Positions 9,997 through 19,689 of a stretch of 64,000 nt of DNA are shown here, one piece after another. A program made the translations under genes and the position numbers. This stretch comes from Acidimicrobiaceae bacterium. GTDB taxonomy: Bacteria > Actinomycetota > Acidimicrobiia > Acidimicrobiales > Palsa-688. The number at the start of each line of letters is the position of its first letter. Positions within the stretch are counted from its first letter, which is position 1. Where the stretch lies: assembly GCA_003166025.1 (NCBI GenBank), contig PMWT01000073.1, positions 8,657 to 72,656 of the forward strand, given 5' to 3'. Under the pieces are notes generated by a model. It was not told the DNA's origin. It made no database searches and saw only the letters and a list, made by a program, of their open reading frames with translations.

Positions 9997-11421
9997 ATGC
10001 GCGGCGCGGCGGGCCGTCCGGTCAAGTACGGCTGGCCGGGCGCGGTGGGGGCGGTTTTTTCAGTCCTGGTATTGATGATGACCTGGCTGTCGACGATCTC
10101 GCCGCCAGCCCTGGCGTCCTCCGCCCCCGGCACCAGGGCGACGGCCGGGTGGCGGGCGGAGGAGCACGGCGGGACCTTCAAGGACGGGGGCGTGATAACC
10201 CGCGGCGACGCGTCTTTCTTCGGCAGCCCGACAAATCTGGTCCTGGCGGCGCCGGTCGTGGCCATGGCGGCCGCGCCGGACGGAGAGGGCTATTGGCTCG
10301 TCGGCGCGGACGGGAGCGTGCTGAGCTACGGCGACGCCCGGTACTTCGGCGGGACCGGTGCCCGGCGCCTGGCTGCCCCGGTAGTGGCTATGGCGGCCAC
10401 GCCCGACGGTCAGGGGTACTGGCTGGTCGGTGCCAATGGCAGCGTCTACTCCTTCGGCGACGCCGTCTTCTACGGCCCGGCCCGTCACTTGTCGTTGCCC
10501 GAGCCCATTGTGGGGTTTGCCAGTACGCCCGACGGCCGGGGCTACTGGATGGTCTCGAGCCATGGTGCCGTTTACGCCTTTGGCGACGCCCGTTACTTCG
10601 GGTCCCTCGGTGCGACCGATCTGCACAACATCCCCGTGGTCGCCATCGCCCCCTCCTTCGACGGGGCCGGTTACTGGCTGGTACAGGGCGGGGGAGAGGT
10701 CGTGGCCTACGGGGACGCTCCGAGGTTGGGAGGGATGCGAGGCCACCCCCCGGTGGACGGTACCGCGGTGACGCCCGATGGCCACGGGTACTGGCTGGTA
10801 TGTGGGAACGGCGAGGTGGACGCCTTCGGTGACGCAACCCACCTCGGCGGCAACAATCGGGCCTTGCCTCGCCCGCCTATCGCCGGGATCGTCGCCGACC
10901 CGGCCGGGCGGGGTTACTGGCTCCTGGACGCCGAGGCCTTCAGGGTCAGGCTGGACAACCCAAGCTCCGGCCACGCCAGCCGTATCGTCAACGTGGCCAC
11001 CAGCCAAGTCGGCCCGAGCCCGGACGGCGGCAACTACTGCAACCCGTACGGGCCGTGCGAGGAATGGTGCTCCCTGTTTGCCACCTGGGTGTGGGAGAAG
11101 GCAGGCATCGGCATCCCTCGCTATGGCTTCGCCGGCGACGTTTATAGATGGGCGGCGCGCCACACCCGGGTCATGAGCGCCCGGGACAGGCCGGCCGCCG
11201 GCGACTTCGTGCTCTACGGCACCGGCCCGCAAAACGTCTGGACCTCTCCGCACATGGGCGTGGTGGCGCAGGTCTGGCCCGATGGGGAGATCGACACAGT
11301 CGAAGGCGATGCCGGCCCCGGCCCTGGCGGTTGGACGTCTGTCCTGGTGAACGGCCCTTTCCTGCCCTCCCAGTCCTACTTCGCCAACGGCCTGCCCATC
11401 TACGCCTTCGCCGTCCCTTGA
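9997..11421 (+). CDS. Secreted cell-wall hydrolase: signal peptide, six GYWLV-type (propeller-like) repeats and a C-terminal CHAP/NlpC-P60-like amidase domain
   Basis: ATG 9997 is preceded by AAAGG. The signal peptide reads [13 protein letters not shown]...PPALA-SS. There are six ~40-aa repeats (PDG.GYWLVG..G.V..FGDA.Y.G). The C-terminus has a Cys/His pair ([19 protein letters not shown]). The ORF-track start at 9904 is a TTG inside the tandem repeat. Confidence 0.75.
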   Translation: MRGAAGRPVKYGWPGAVGAVFSVLVLMMTWLSTISPPALASSAPGTRATAGWRAEEHGGTFKDGGVITRGDASFFGSPTNLVLAAPVVAMAAAPDGEGYWLVGADGSVLSYGDARYFGGTGARRLAAPVVAMAATPDGQGYWLVGANGSVYSFGDAVFYGPARHLSLPEPIVGFASTPDGRGYWMVSSHGAVYAFGDARYFGSLGATDLHNIPVVAIAPSFDGAGYWLVQGGGEVVAYGDAPRLGGMRGHPPVDGTAVTPDGHGYWLVCGNGEVDAFGDATHLGGNNRALPRPPIAGIVADPAGRGYWLLDAEAFRVRLDNPSSGHASRIVNVATSQVGPSPDGGNYCNPYGPCEEWCSLFATWVWEKAGIGIPRYGFAGDVYRWAARHTRVMSARDRPAAGDFVLYGTGPQNVWTSPHMGVVAQVWPDGEIDTVEGDAGPGPGGWTSVLVNGPFLPSQSYFANGLPIYAFAVP

Positions 11422-11494
11422 GCGCTCTGGCGCCGCGGGCTGGGTGCCCAGTGGCCCCGGCCGGGACATAACCTGTCGCCCCTAGTCTCGTGCT

Positions 11495-12595
11495 ATGTCA
11501 ATGGCCGAGGACTTCGGGGCTCTTGCCGCCTCGCCCGTGGGCGGCACGTCCGTGGGCGGCACGTCCCTGAGCGCGGCCCCCGCCTGCAGCGACTGGGCCA
11601 GGAGCCAGGACTTGAGCCCCATCGGCTCGGCCGGCCACTACCAGGGCTACCTGTTGGTCGAAGTGCCGTTGCCATGGCCGCCTGACATCTCCGAGATCGC
11701 CGAGCTGACGGGCGTGGCTCAACTCGCGCTCCGGGCCGGCCTGCGCCTTCAGGCCATAGCGCCGGGCGCCACAGCCGTCGCGGGTACGGCCGGTGGAGCC
11801 GTCGACCAGCCACGGCGGCTCATTTATTACGGCCCGGCCCGGCCCGGACGGGCCGGCCCACTGCGCCGCCGCGAGCGCCTGGTCGGTCCCGAAGCTGAGG
11901 CCCTGGCCGAGGCCGCGGCCGAGCTGCTGGCCCCGCCGGACAGCGCACCAGACGGTCAGGTGGACGGTAGCGCGGACGATCAGGCAGCCGGCCAGGCGGA
12001 CGGCTCGGGCCCCGTGGACGTCCTCGTGTGCACGCACGGCCGGCGTGACGCCTGCTGCGGAGGACGGGGGACCGACCTCGTACGGGCGTTGGCCGAGACC
12101 ACTCTCAGCGGCGCCCGCACCTGGCCTTCACGTCTTGGACGTGACGGGCCCGCGCCCGAGGTCCGCGTGTGGCGCACCAGCCACACCGGGGGCCACCGCT
12201 TTGCCCCCACGGCGTTGGTGCTGCCCTCCGCCACCCTGTGGGCCTGGGCCGACGTGGCCCTGCTGGACCGGGTCGTCGGGGCCAGAGGGCCGGTCAGCGA
12301 GGTCGTGAGCCGCTACCGGGGTTGTGCCACGCTTGGGCCCCCGGCCCATCAGGCGGTGGAAAAGAGCGTCCTGGCCGAAGTGGGCTGGCCGCTGCTGAGC
12401 TCCTGGCGGCTGTCCTCCAGCCTGGGGGACGGTTGGGTGAGGTTGGCGACCGAGGTGGCCGGCACCTGGGAGGGGCGGGTGGCCGAGGGCCGCCACGTGC
12501 CCCAGCCCGAATGCCGGACGCCGCCGGAACTGGCCTCCAAGCAAGGCGTTGAGTGGGTCGTCGAGGAACTTCACCAGGTGGCGCCCGGGCCGTAA
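11495..12595 (+). CDS. Sucrase/ferredoxin-like (thioredoxin-like Fe-S) family protein
   Basis: Motifs GYLLVEVPLPWP and VCTHGRRDACCGGRG are present, with later HTGGHRFAP. The N-terminus contains a 15-bp in-frame tandem duplication. Confidence 0.6.
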   Translation: MSMAEDFGALAASPVGGTSVGGTSLSAAPACSDWARSQDLSPIGSAGHYQGYLLVEVPLPWPPDISEIAELTGVAQLALRAGLRLQAIAPGATAVAGTAGGAVDQPRRLIYYGPARPGRAGPLRRRERLVGPEAEALAEAAAELLAPPDSAPDGQVDGSADDQAAGQADGSGPVDVLVCTHGRRDACCGGRGTDLVRALAETTLSGARTWPSRLGRDGPAPEVRVWRTSHTGGHRFAPTALVLPSATLWAWADVALLDRVVGARGPVSEVVSRYRGCATLGPPAHQAVEKSVLAEVGWPLLSSWRLSSSLGDGWVRLATEVAGTWEGRVAEGRHVPQPECRTPPELASKQGVEWVVEELHQVAPGP

Positions 12596-12629
12596 TAGCG
12601 CCCCAGCCGGCCAAGCTACGCTCGGTGCC

Positions 12630-15600
12630 GTGCGCAAGGTTCTGGTCGCCAACCGTGGAGAGATCGCGATCAGGGCCTTTCGAGCCATCAACGAGCTCGG
12701 TTTCACGTCGGTGGCTGTCTTTCCCTACGAGGACCGCTACTCGCTCCATCGCCAGAAGGCGGACGAGAGCTACGAGATAGGCGAGCGCGGGCACCCGCTG
12801 CGGGCCTACCTGGACATTCCCGGTCTCATCGAGGTGGCCCAGGACTGCGGGGCTGACGCCATTTACCCGGGCTACGGGTTCCTGTCCGAGAACCCGGGCC
12901 TGGCCCGGGCCTGTGACGACGCCGGCATCACCTTCGTCGGCCCCCCGGCCGAGGTCCTGGCCCTGGCCGGGAGCAAGGTGAGGGCGAAGGAGGAAGCCGC
13001 CGCCGTCGGGATCCCCGTGCTGCGCAGCGTCGGGCCCCGTTCGAGTGTCGACGATCTCGTCCGTTCGGCCGGGGACGTCGGCTTCCCCCTGTTCGTAAAG
13101 GCGGCGGCGGGCGGTGGCGGCCGTGGCTTGCGGCGCGTCGAGACCGCCGACGAGCTCAGAGAGGCGGTCGAGGCGGCGGTGCGCGAAGCCGAGACTGCCT
13201 TCGGTGACCCGACCGTGTTCCTGGAGGCGGCGGTCACCCGTCCTCGGCATATCGAGGTCCAGGTGCTGGCCGACGCTACCGGCGAGGTCGTCCACCTCTA
13301 CGAGCGGGACTGCTCGGTCCAGCGCCGCCACCAAAAGGTGGTGGAGATCGCCCCGGCGCCCAACCTGCCGGCCGGGCTAGGGCCCCGGCTCTGGGCCGAC
13401 GCCATAGCTTTTGCCCGGGCCGTCGGCTACCTCAACGCCGGCACCGTCGAGTTCCTAGTGGACCAGTCGGGCCGCTACGTGTTCATAGAGATGAACCCCC
13501 GGATCCAGGTCGAGCACACCGTCACCGAAGAGGTCACGGCCATTGACCTTGTTCAGGCCCAGTTGCAGATCGCCGCCGGCGCCACCCTGGCCGACCTCGG
13601 CATCTCACAAGGGGAAATCGTAATGACCGGGGCCGCGCTGCAGTGCCGGATCACGACCGAAGACCCGTCTCAGGGCTTCCGGCCCGACACGGGCCGCATC
13701 ACGGCCTACCGTTCTCCGGGGGGCCATGGCGTGCGCCTCGACGGCTGCGCCTACCTGGGGGCCGATGTTTCGCCCCATTTCGATTCACTGCTCGTCAAGT
13801 TGACGTGCCGGGGGCGCACTTTCTCCGAGGCCGTCGCCCGCGCCCGGCGCGCCGTGGCCGAGTTCAGGGTACGGGGCGTGGCCACAAATATCCCGTTCTT
13901 ACAGGCGCTGCTGGCCGAGCCGGATTTCATTGCCGGCAACCTCACGACCGCCTTCATCGAGGAACGCCCAGGCTTGTTGAGCCGGGGCAGCGGCGCCGAC
14001 CGGGGTACCCGCCTGCTCAATTACATGGCCGACGTCACCGTCAACCGGCCCAACGGGCCGGCCCCGGTGGTCCAGAGCCCGAAAGAAAAACTGCCCGCCT
14101 ACGTCCTTACCGTGACCAAAGGCAGGGGCAAGCCGGGGGCGCCCGGCCCGGTCCCCGACGGCAGCCGCCAGTTGCTCGAGCGCCTCGGTCCCGACGGTTT
14201 CGCCCGTTGGCTGCGCCAGTTGGGCCCGGTGGCGGTCACGGACACTACGCTGCGCGACGCCCACCAGTCGCTCCTGGCCACCAGGTTGCGGACCCAGGAC
14301 ATGCTCCAGGCGGCACCGTACTTCGCCCGTATGCTGCCCGGGCTGCTGTCCCTCGAGGCTTGGGGCGGGGCGACTTTCGACGTGGCCCTGCGCTTTTTGA
14401 AAGAGGACCCGTGGGAGCGCCTGGCGGTACTGCACGACGCGGTGCCCAACATCTGCCTGCAGATGTTGATCAGGGGCCGCAACACCGTCGGGTACACCCC
14501 CTACCCCGACGAGGTGGCCTTAGCGTTCGTCAAAGAGGCGGCTCGGACCGGGGTCGATATCTTCAGGGTTTTCGACGCCCTGAACGATGTCGACCAAATG
14601 CTGCCCGCCATCCGCGCCGTGTTCGAGACCGGAAAGGTGGCCGAGGGGGCGGTCTGCTACACGGGCGACCTCGCCAGCCCGTCCGAGCGGCTCTACACGC
14701 TCGATTATTACTTGCGCAAAGCGGAACAACTCGTCCAAGCGGGAGTGCACGTCCTGTGCATAAAGGACATGGCGGGACTGTTGCGCGCCCCCGCCGCCCG
14801 CATCCTCATCGGCGCCCTGCGGGAAAGGTTCGACCAACCCGTCCACCTGCATACCCACGACACCGCCGGGGGCCAGTTGGCCACGTACCTGGCGGCCGTG
14901 GAGGCTGGTGTGGACGCCATAGACGGCGCCCTCGGGCCCTTGGCCGGTACGACCAGCCAGCCATCGCTGGGGGCCATCGTGGCCGCCACCGACCACACCG
15001 AAAAGGCGACGGGGCTTTCCCTGGAGGCCATCGAGGCGTTCGAACCTTACTGGGAGGCGGTCCGGCGCCTGTACAAGCCCTTCGACATCAATATGGGCGC
15101 GCCGACGACGCGCGTCTACCGCCACGAGATGCCGGGTGGCCAGATATCCAACCTCCGCCAGCAGGCGATCGCCCTGGGACTCGGGGAGCGCTACGAAATG
15201 GTGGAGGATCTTTACGCCGAGGCAAACCGGGTCCTCGGCAACATCGTGAAGGTGACGCCGAGCTCCAAAGTGGTGGGCGACCTCGCTTTGTACCTGTGCG
15301 GTTCCAACGCCGACATCGTTGAGTTCGAGCGCAACCCGGCCAGTTTCGACCTGCCGGACAGTGTTATAGGGTTCCTTTCGGGCGAGCTCGGCGTACCGGC
15401 GGGCGGGTGGCCGGAGCCTTTCCGGACCAGGGCCCTGGCCGGCAAAAAGCAGCCCGTACGCGTCCTGGACCTCCCGGCCGAGACGAAGTCGGCTCTCGCC
15501 GACGCGGACCGCTCTCCTCAGGAACTACGCCAGTTGCTCAACTCGCTTCTTTTCCCCGGCCCTACGCAGGAATTCGAAGAAGCCACCCGCCAGTTCGGGG

Positions 15601-16061
15601 AATTGTCCGTCCTACCCACCTCCACCTTTTTCTACGGCCTGTCTCCCGGGGACGAAGTCGAGGTCACCCTGGACGCCGGCCTTTCGTTGTACCTGGCGGT
15701 CGACGCCATCGGGGAGGCGGACGAGAGCGGTTTCCGGTCCGTGTTCTGCCGGCTCAACGGCCAGCCGCGTGTGGTGACGGTCCGGGACCGGTCCGTGAAG
15801 GACACCGCGGCCCGGGGCGAGCGAGCGCAGCCGGACAACCCTGCGCACGTGGCTGCCCCCTTTGCCGGGGCTGTGACACTGACCGTCGGCGTGGGCGACC
15901 AGGTCGATGCGGGCCAGACGGTGGCCACGATCGAGGCCATGAAGATGGAGGCCCCCATTACGACCTCGCTGGCCGGGACGGTCCAGCGCCTGGCCGTCCC
16001 CAAGGTGGCCTCAGTAGATGGGGGCGATCTGCTCATGGTCATCGCCCCGGAGGGGAACTGA
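12630..16061 (+). CDS. pyc: Pyruvate carboxylase
   Basis: It has a biotin carboxylase N-terminus (KVLVANRGEIAIRAFRA), a carboxyltransferase TIM domain (TTLRDAHQSL, HTHDTAGG) and a C-terminal biotinyl motif (EAMKME). I chose GTG 12630 as the start. The ORF-track start at 12549 overlaps the upstream gene. Confidence 0.92.
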   Translation: MRKVLVANRGEIAIRAFRAINELGFTSVAVFPYEDRYSLHRQKADESYEIGERGHPLRAYLDIPGLIEVAQDCGADAIYPGYGFLSENPGLARACDDAGITFVGPPAEVLALAGSKVRAKEEAAAVGIPVLRSVGPRSSVDDLVRSAGDVGFPLFVKAAAGGGGRGLRRVETADELREAVEAAVREAETAFGDPTVFLEAAVTRPRHIEVQVLADATGEVVHLYERDCSVQRRHQKVVEIAPAPNLPAGLGPRLWADAIAFARAVGYLNAGTVEFLVDQSGRYVFIEMNPRIQVEHTVTEEVTAIDLVQAQLQIAAGATLADLGISQGEIVMTGAALQCRITTEDPSQGFRPDTGRITAYRSPGGHGVRLDGCAYLGADVSPHFDSLLVKLTCRGRTFSEAVARARRAVAEFRVRGVATNIPFLQALLAEPDFIAGNLTTAFIEERPGLLSRGSGADRGTRLLNYMADVTVNRPNGPAPVVQSPKEKLPAYVLTVTKGRGKPGAPGPVPDGSRQLLERLGPDGFARWLRQLGPVAVTDTTLRDAHQSLLATRLRTQDMLQAAPYFARMLPGLLSLEAWGGATFDVALRFLKEDPWERLAVLHDAVPNICLQMLIRGRNTVGYTPYPDEVALAFVKEAARTGVDIFRVFDALNDVDQMLPAIRAVFETGKVAEGAVCYTGDLASPSERLYTLDYYLRKAEQLVQAGVHVLCIKDMAGLLRAPAARILIGALRERFDQPVHLHTHDTAGGQLATYLAAVEAGVDAIDGALGPLAGTTSQPSLGAIVAATDHTEKATGLSLEAIEAFEPYWEAVRRLYKPFDINMGAPTTRVYRHEMPGGQISNLRQQAIALGLGERYEMVEDLYAEANRVLGNIVKVTPSSKVVGDLALYLCGSNADIVEFERNPASFDLPDSVIGFLSGELGVPAGGWPEPFRTRALAGKKQPVRVLDLPAETKSALADADRSPQELRQLLNSLLFPGPTQEFEEATRQFGELSVLPTSTFFYGLSPGDEVEVTLDAGLSLYLAVDAIGEADESGFRSVFCRLNGQPRVVTVRDRSVKDTAARGERAQPDNPAHVAAPFAGAVTLTVGVGDQVDAGQTVATIEAMKMEAPITTSLAGTVQRLAVPKVASVDGGDLLMVIAPEGN

Positions 16062-16062
16062 T

Positions 16063-17163
16063 ATGCGCATCGGAGTTGTAAAAGAGATCAAGCCGGCCGA
16101 GCTGAGGGTGGCGCTAACGCCCGCGGGCACCGAGGAACTGGTGGACGCGGGCCACACGGTGCTGGTCGAACGCAGCGCCGGAGAGGGGTCGGGCTTCCCC
16201 GACGGTGCCTATGTCAACGCCGGGGCCGTCATCGTCGACGAGGCGGACAGGGTCTGGCAGGACGTCGAGGTCCTCGTAAAGGTCAAGGAGCCCGTCGGAG
16301 CCGAACTGGGGCGGCTGCGCGAGGGGCTCGTCCTGTTCACCTACCTGCACCTGGCGGCGGCGCCTGAGCTGACCCGGGCACTTGTCAAGGCGGGCACGAC
16401 CGGGGTGGGCTATGAGACGGTCGAGGGCTCCTCGGGCCACCTGCCCCTGCTGGCGCCCATGAGCGAGATCGCCGGCCGGCTGGCCGGCCAGGTCGTGGCC
16501 CACTACCTGACGGCGCCGGTGGGCGGCCGGGGGGTGCTGGCCGGCGGCGCCCCGGGGGTGGCCCCGGCGCGGGTGCTCGTGCTCGGGGGCGGTGTCGTCG
16601 GCATCTATGCGGCCCGCGTGGCCCGGGGCCTGGGCGCCGATGTGACAGTGCTGGAACGCTCGGACGACCGCCTCCGCTACCTCGACGACCGCTTCGAGGG
16701 CTCCGTGCACTGCCTGATGTCCGACGCTCACAGCGTGCTCGAACAGCTGTCCCTGAGCGATGCCGTGATCGGTGCGGTCCTGGTGCCGGGGGCGGTGGCG
16801 CCCCGGCTGGTCACCCGGGCCATGCTCTCGAGCATGCGGCCGCGAGCAGTGATCGTCGACGTTGCCATAGACCAGGGTGGTTGTTTCGAGACCTCCCGGC
16901 CCACGACCCACGAAGCGCCCACTTACGTGGTCGACGACGTTCTGCACTATTGCGTGGCCAACATGCCAGGTGCCGTCCCTGTCACATCGACGCGGGCCCT
17001 GACCAACGCCACTCTTCCTTACCTTCTCCGCCTGGCCGGCATGGGCCTTGACGCCCTATGCGAGAAAGATCCCGGCTTTGCCATGGGGGTCAATGTCCGC
17101 GACCACTGTTTGGTGCACCCGGCGGTGGCGGCCGCTTATGCCGGCGAGGGTGGTGGAAAATAG
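16063..17163 (+). CDS. ald: Alanine dehydrogenase
   Basis: MRIGVVKEIKPAELRVALTP, a Rossmann motif VLGGGVVG, and VDVAIDQGG. The ATG lies 1 nt after the pyc stop. Confidence 0.9.
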   Translation: MRIGVVKEIKPAELRVALTPAGTEELVDAGHTVLVERSAGEGSGFPDGAYVNAGAVIVDEADRVWQDVEVLVKVKEPVGAELGRLREGLVLFTYLHLAAAPELTRALVKAGTTGVGYETVEGSSGHLPLLAPMSEIAGRLAGQVVAHYLTAPVGGRGVLAGGAPGVAPARVLVLGGGVVGIYAARVARGLGADVTVLERSDDRLRYLDDRFEGSVHCLMSDAHSVLEQLSLSDAVIGAVLVPGAVAPRLVTRAMLSSMRPRAVIVDVAIDQGGCFETSRPTTHEAPTYVVDDVLHYCVANMPGAVPVTSTRALTNATLPYLLRLAGMGLDALCEKDPGFAMGVNVRDHCLVHPAVAAAYAGEGGGK

Positions 17164-17231
17164 GGAAAGCCCGGTACCCCGTGCTTAATCACGACTTCGT
17201 ATGGTGAGTTCGGGGCTTCTTTCTCAGGCTG

Positions 17232-18023
17232 GTGCGTCCGCATGCCGACGTCCCTGGAATGCGGGTGGAAAGGTATAAACAAGGCCTGACTTCGGGGAGG
17301 CCCATAGATCTCTCGTCGCCGTTGCCCGGGCCGGGCACGGGCAACGGGACCGTCATATCCGGTCGGTCGGGCATCCCCGGCCGGTCGGGCGGCTCGGGAG
17401 GAGTGGCGGGCCGGGAAGACATCGTCCGGGTACGCCTCCGGCTGCTCTTGACCGCGCTCGGGGAGCTCCCGGCGGACCGCCCGCCGGCGCCGGCGGACTG
17501 GCGGCCGGCGCTGCGGCGCTTCCTGGACGGGAGGTGCCCGCCGGGCACGCTGGTGATGCATGGGCGAAGTTTGCCCAACCGCCCGCTGGTGATCGAGCAC
17601 CTAATAGTTGCCCCTCGGGGCCTCGTGGTGGTGGGCTCGAGCTTCGGACAGGTCCTGCACGGTGGCTACAGCCACCGGGCGCCGGGGTGGCAGGCCAGAG
17701 GATCGGCCGCCCGCCTCAATATCGCTTTGGCCGTTGGGACGGCCGGGGACCGCCGGCCGGCTCTGGTCCGCGAGACGCTGCGCCGCTGCTATGCACTGAG
17801 GTCGTGGCTGGAGGGCGGGCCCTGGGACGGCGTGCCCGTGCTGGCGGCCGTGTGCGGGTGCCCGGCGGCCCGGCCCTCGGCGCCGCCGTGGTTGATGATC
17901 GATGGGCTGTGGTTGGGCACAGCTGACCAGCTGCCCGGCTGGCTCGTATCGGAGGAGCTCCTAGACCTGCCCACCCGTGTCGAGCTGCACCGGGCGCTAA
18001 GCGAGGAGCTGCCTATCGCCTGA
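17232..18023 (+). CDS. Hypothetical protein, possible NERD-like domain
   Basis: The central segment LVIEHLIVAPRGLVVVGS resembles the NERD core. The N-terminal ~90 aa are low-complexity, so the start is uncertain. Confidence 0.35.
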   Translation: MRPHADVPGMRVERYKQGLTSGRPIDLSSPLPGPGTGNGTVISGRSGIPGRSGGSGGVAGREDIVRVRLRLLLTALGELPADRPPAPADWRPALRRFLDGRCPPGTLVMHGRSLPNRPLVIEHLIVAPRGLVVVGSSFGQVLHGGYSHRAPGWQARGSAARLNIALAVGTAGDRRPALVRETLRRCYALRSWLEGGPWDGVPVLAAVCGCPAARPSAPPWLMIDGLWLGTADQLPGWLVSEELLDLPTRVELHRALSEELPIA

Positions 18024-18041
18024 GGACGGGAGCCCGCGGCC

Positions 18042-19661
18042 ATGCCCGAGGGCGGCCCCAGCGCCCGTCGCCCGGGGTGCCTGTCCCTGAGCCGTCCGGT
18101 GGGCCATGCTGGTGGTGTGACCCACGCCGAACGAGCTCCCGGTACCGCGTCTGGCCAGCCCGCCAACCATCCAGATGATCACTTCCTCGTCCCTCCCGAC
18201 GCCCTGCCGGGCCCATCTCGGCGCTGCCTCGGCGAGCAGGCCCGGCGCACGCGTGTCGTGGCCACGGTAGGCCCGGCCTCCGACGCACTTTCCACGCTGT
18301 CCGCCATGCGCGACGCTGGGATGGACGTCGCCCGCGTGCCTCTGGCCCACGGATCGATCCAGGAGGCCGTGTCGCGGTTGCGCCGGATCCGCCAGGCCGC
18401 ACCCGACGTCGGGATCCTCGTCGACCTCCCGGGGCCGAAGATCCGTACGACACCCTTCCCCGAAGGGGGAGTGGTGCTCGCTACGGGGAGCGAAGTCGTA
18501 CTTTCTCCCCACGGCCTCGCCCCGGCCAGCAGCGCTACCACGATCGGGGTGTCCGTGCCCGAGCTGGTCGAAACGCTGATAGAGGGCGACCGGATCGCCC
18601 TGGGCGACGGGGGCGTGGCGCTCCAGGCCGAGCAACGGGTGGGTTATTCCATGAAGGCCAGGGTCCTGGCGGGCGGAAAAGTCCAGGGCCGGCCGGGTGT
18701 GACCGGTCCGGCGTCCAGGCTCTCGCTCAAGACGCCCACGCCCGAAGACCTCGAGCGCTTGGAAGTCATGCTGGAAGAGGGCATCGAGAGCGTGGCCGTC
18801 TCGTTCGTGCGTTCGGCGGCCGACCTGGTGGCGGTCAAGGCGCTCGCCGGCAAGGGCGTGCTGGTGTGCGCCAAGATGGAGACGCCCGAAGCTCTGGAGG
18901 ACATCGACAACATCCTGCAGACGGCCGACACTTTGATGGTCGCCCGCGGGGACCTCGGGGTGCGCGTGGCGCTCGAAGAAGTGCCGCACATCCAGAAAAA
19001 GCTCATCCGTTCATCGGTGTCGTGGGGGCGTCCGGTAATAACCGCGACGCAGATGCTGGAGTCGATGATCAATTCCCCCGTGCCCACCCGAGCCGAGGTC
19101 ACCGACGTCGCCAACGCCGTTTTCGACGGCACCAGCGCCGTTATGCTCTCGGCCGAGACGGCTATCGGTATCGACCCGGTGAATGCGGTGGCGACCATGG
19201 CCCGTATCGCCCGCCGAGCCGATAGGGAGTTCGACAGCTACCAATGGGGGCGCCACCTCCCGGCTCAGAACTTCGGTGCTGAAGGGGCCATTGGGTCGCG
19301 CATCACCGCCGCCATCGGTGCCGCCGCCTGGCGCGCCGCCGTCGACGAGAGGGCCGCCGTCATCGTCGCCTGCACCAACAGCGGCGCCACGGCCCGGGCC
19401 ATCGCCCGTTTCCGGCCCGCCGCCCCGATCGTGGCCGCCACCCCGCACCCGGACACCGCCCGCCAGCTGACAGTCAGCTGGGGGGTGGACACCGTCCTGG
19501 TGCCCCAGGCCAAGACCACCGACGAGGCGGTCGGCTACGGGGTGCAAGCCGTACGGGCGGGGGGCTATGTCAAGCCCGGTGATGTCGTCGTGGTCCTGGC
19601 CGGTTCGCTCCATGACCCCGAACCCGTGACCGACACGCTCCGGCTCGTGCGTATCTACTAG
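18042..19661 (+). CDS. pyk: Pyruvate kinase
   Basis: RRTRVVATVGPAS, DLPGPKIRT, AKMETPEAL, MVARGDLGV, MLSAETA. The canonical PK core begins near 18245, and no ATG lies close to it. The true start is therefore somewhere between 18042 and about 18257. Confidence 0.85.
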   Translation: MPEGGPSARRPGCLSLSRPVGHAGGVTHAERAPGTASGQPANHPDDHFLVPPDALPGPSRRCLGEQARRTRVVATVGPASDALSTLSAMRDAGMDVARVPLAHGSIQEAVSRLRRIRQAAPDVGILVDLPGPKIRTTPFPEGGVVLATGSEVVLSPHGLAPASSATTIGVSVPELVETLIEGDRIALGDGGVALQAEQRVGYSMKARVLAGGKVQGRPGVTGPASRLSLKTPTPEDLERLEVMLEEGIESVAVSFVRSAADLVAVKALAGKGVLVCAKMETPEALEDIDNILQTADTLMVARGDLGVRVALEEVPHIQKKLIRSSVSWGRPVITATQMLESMINSPVPTRAEVTDVANAVFDGTSAVMLSAETAIGIDPVNAVATMARIARRADREFDSYQWGRHLPAQNFGAEGAIGSRITAAIGAAAWRAAVDERAAVIVACTNSGATARAIARFRPAAPIVAATPHPDTARQLTVSWGVDTVLVPQAKTTDEAVGYGVQAVRAGGYVKPGDVVVVLAGSLHDPEPVTDTLRLVRIY

Positions 19662-19689
19662 GGCTGGCGGGTCTACTAGGGCTGGCGGG
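19654..19689. repeat. Perfect 18-bp tandem duplication TCTACTAGGGCTGGCGGG x2 spanning two convergent stop codons
   Basis: Copy 1 is 19654-19671 and carries the pyk TAG at 19659-19661. Copy 2 is 19672-19689 and carries the desaturase stop (CTA on the plus strand, 19676-19678). Confidence 0.95.
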
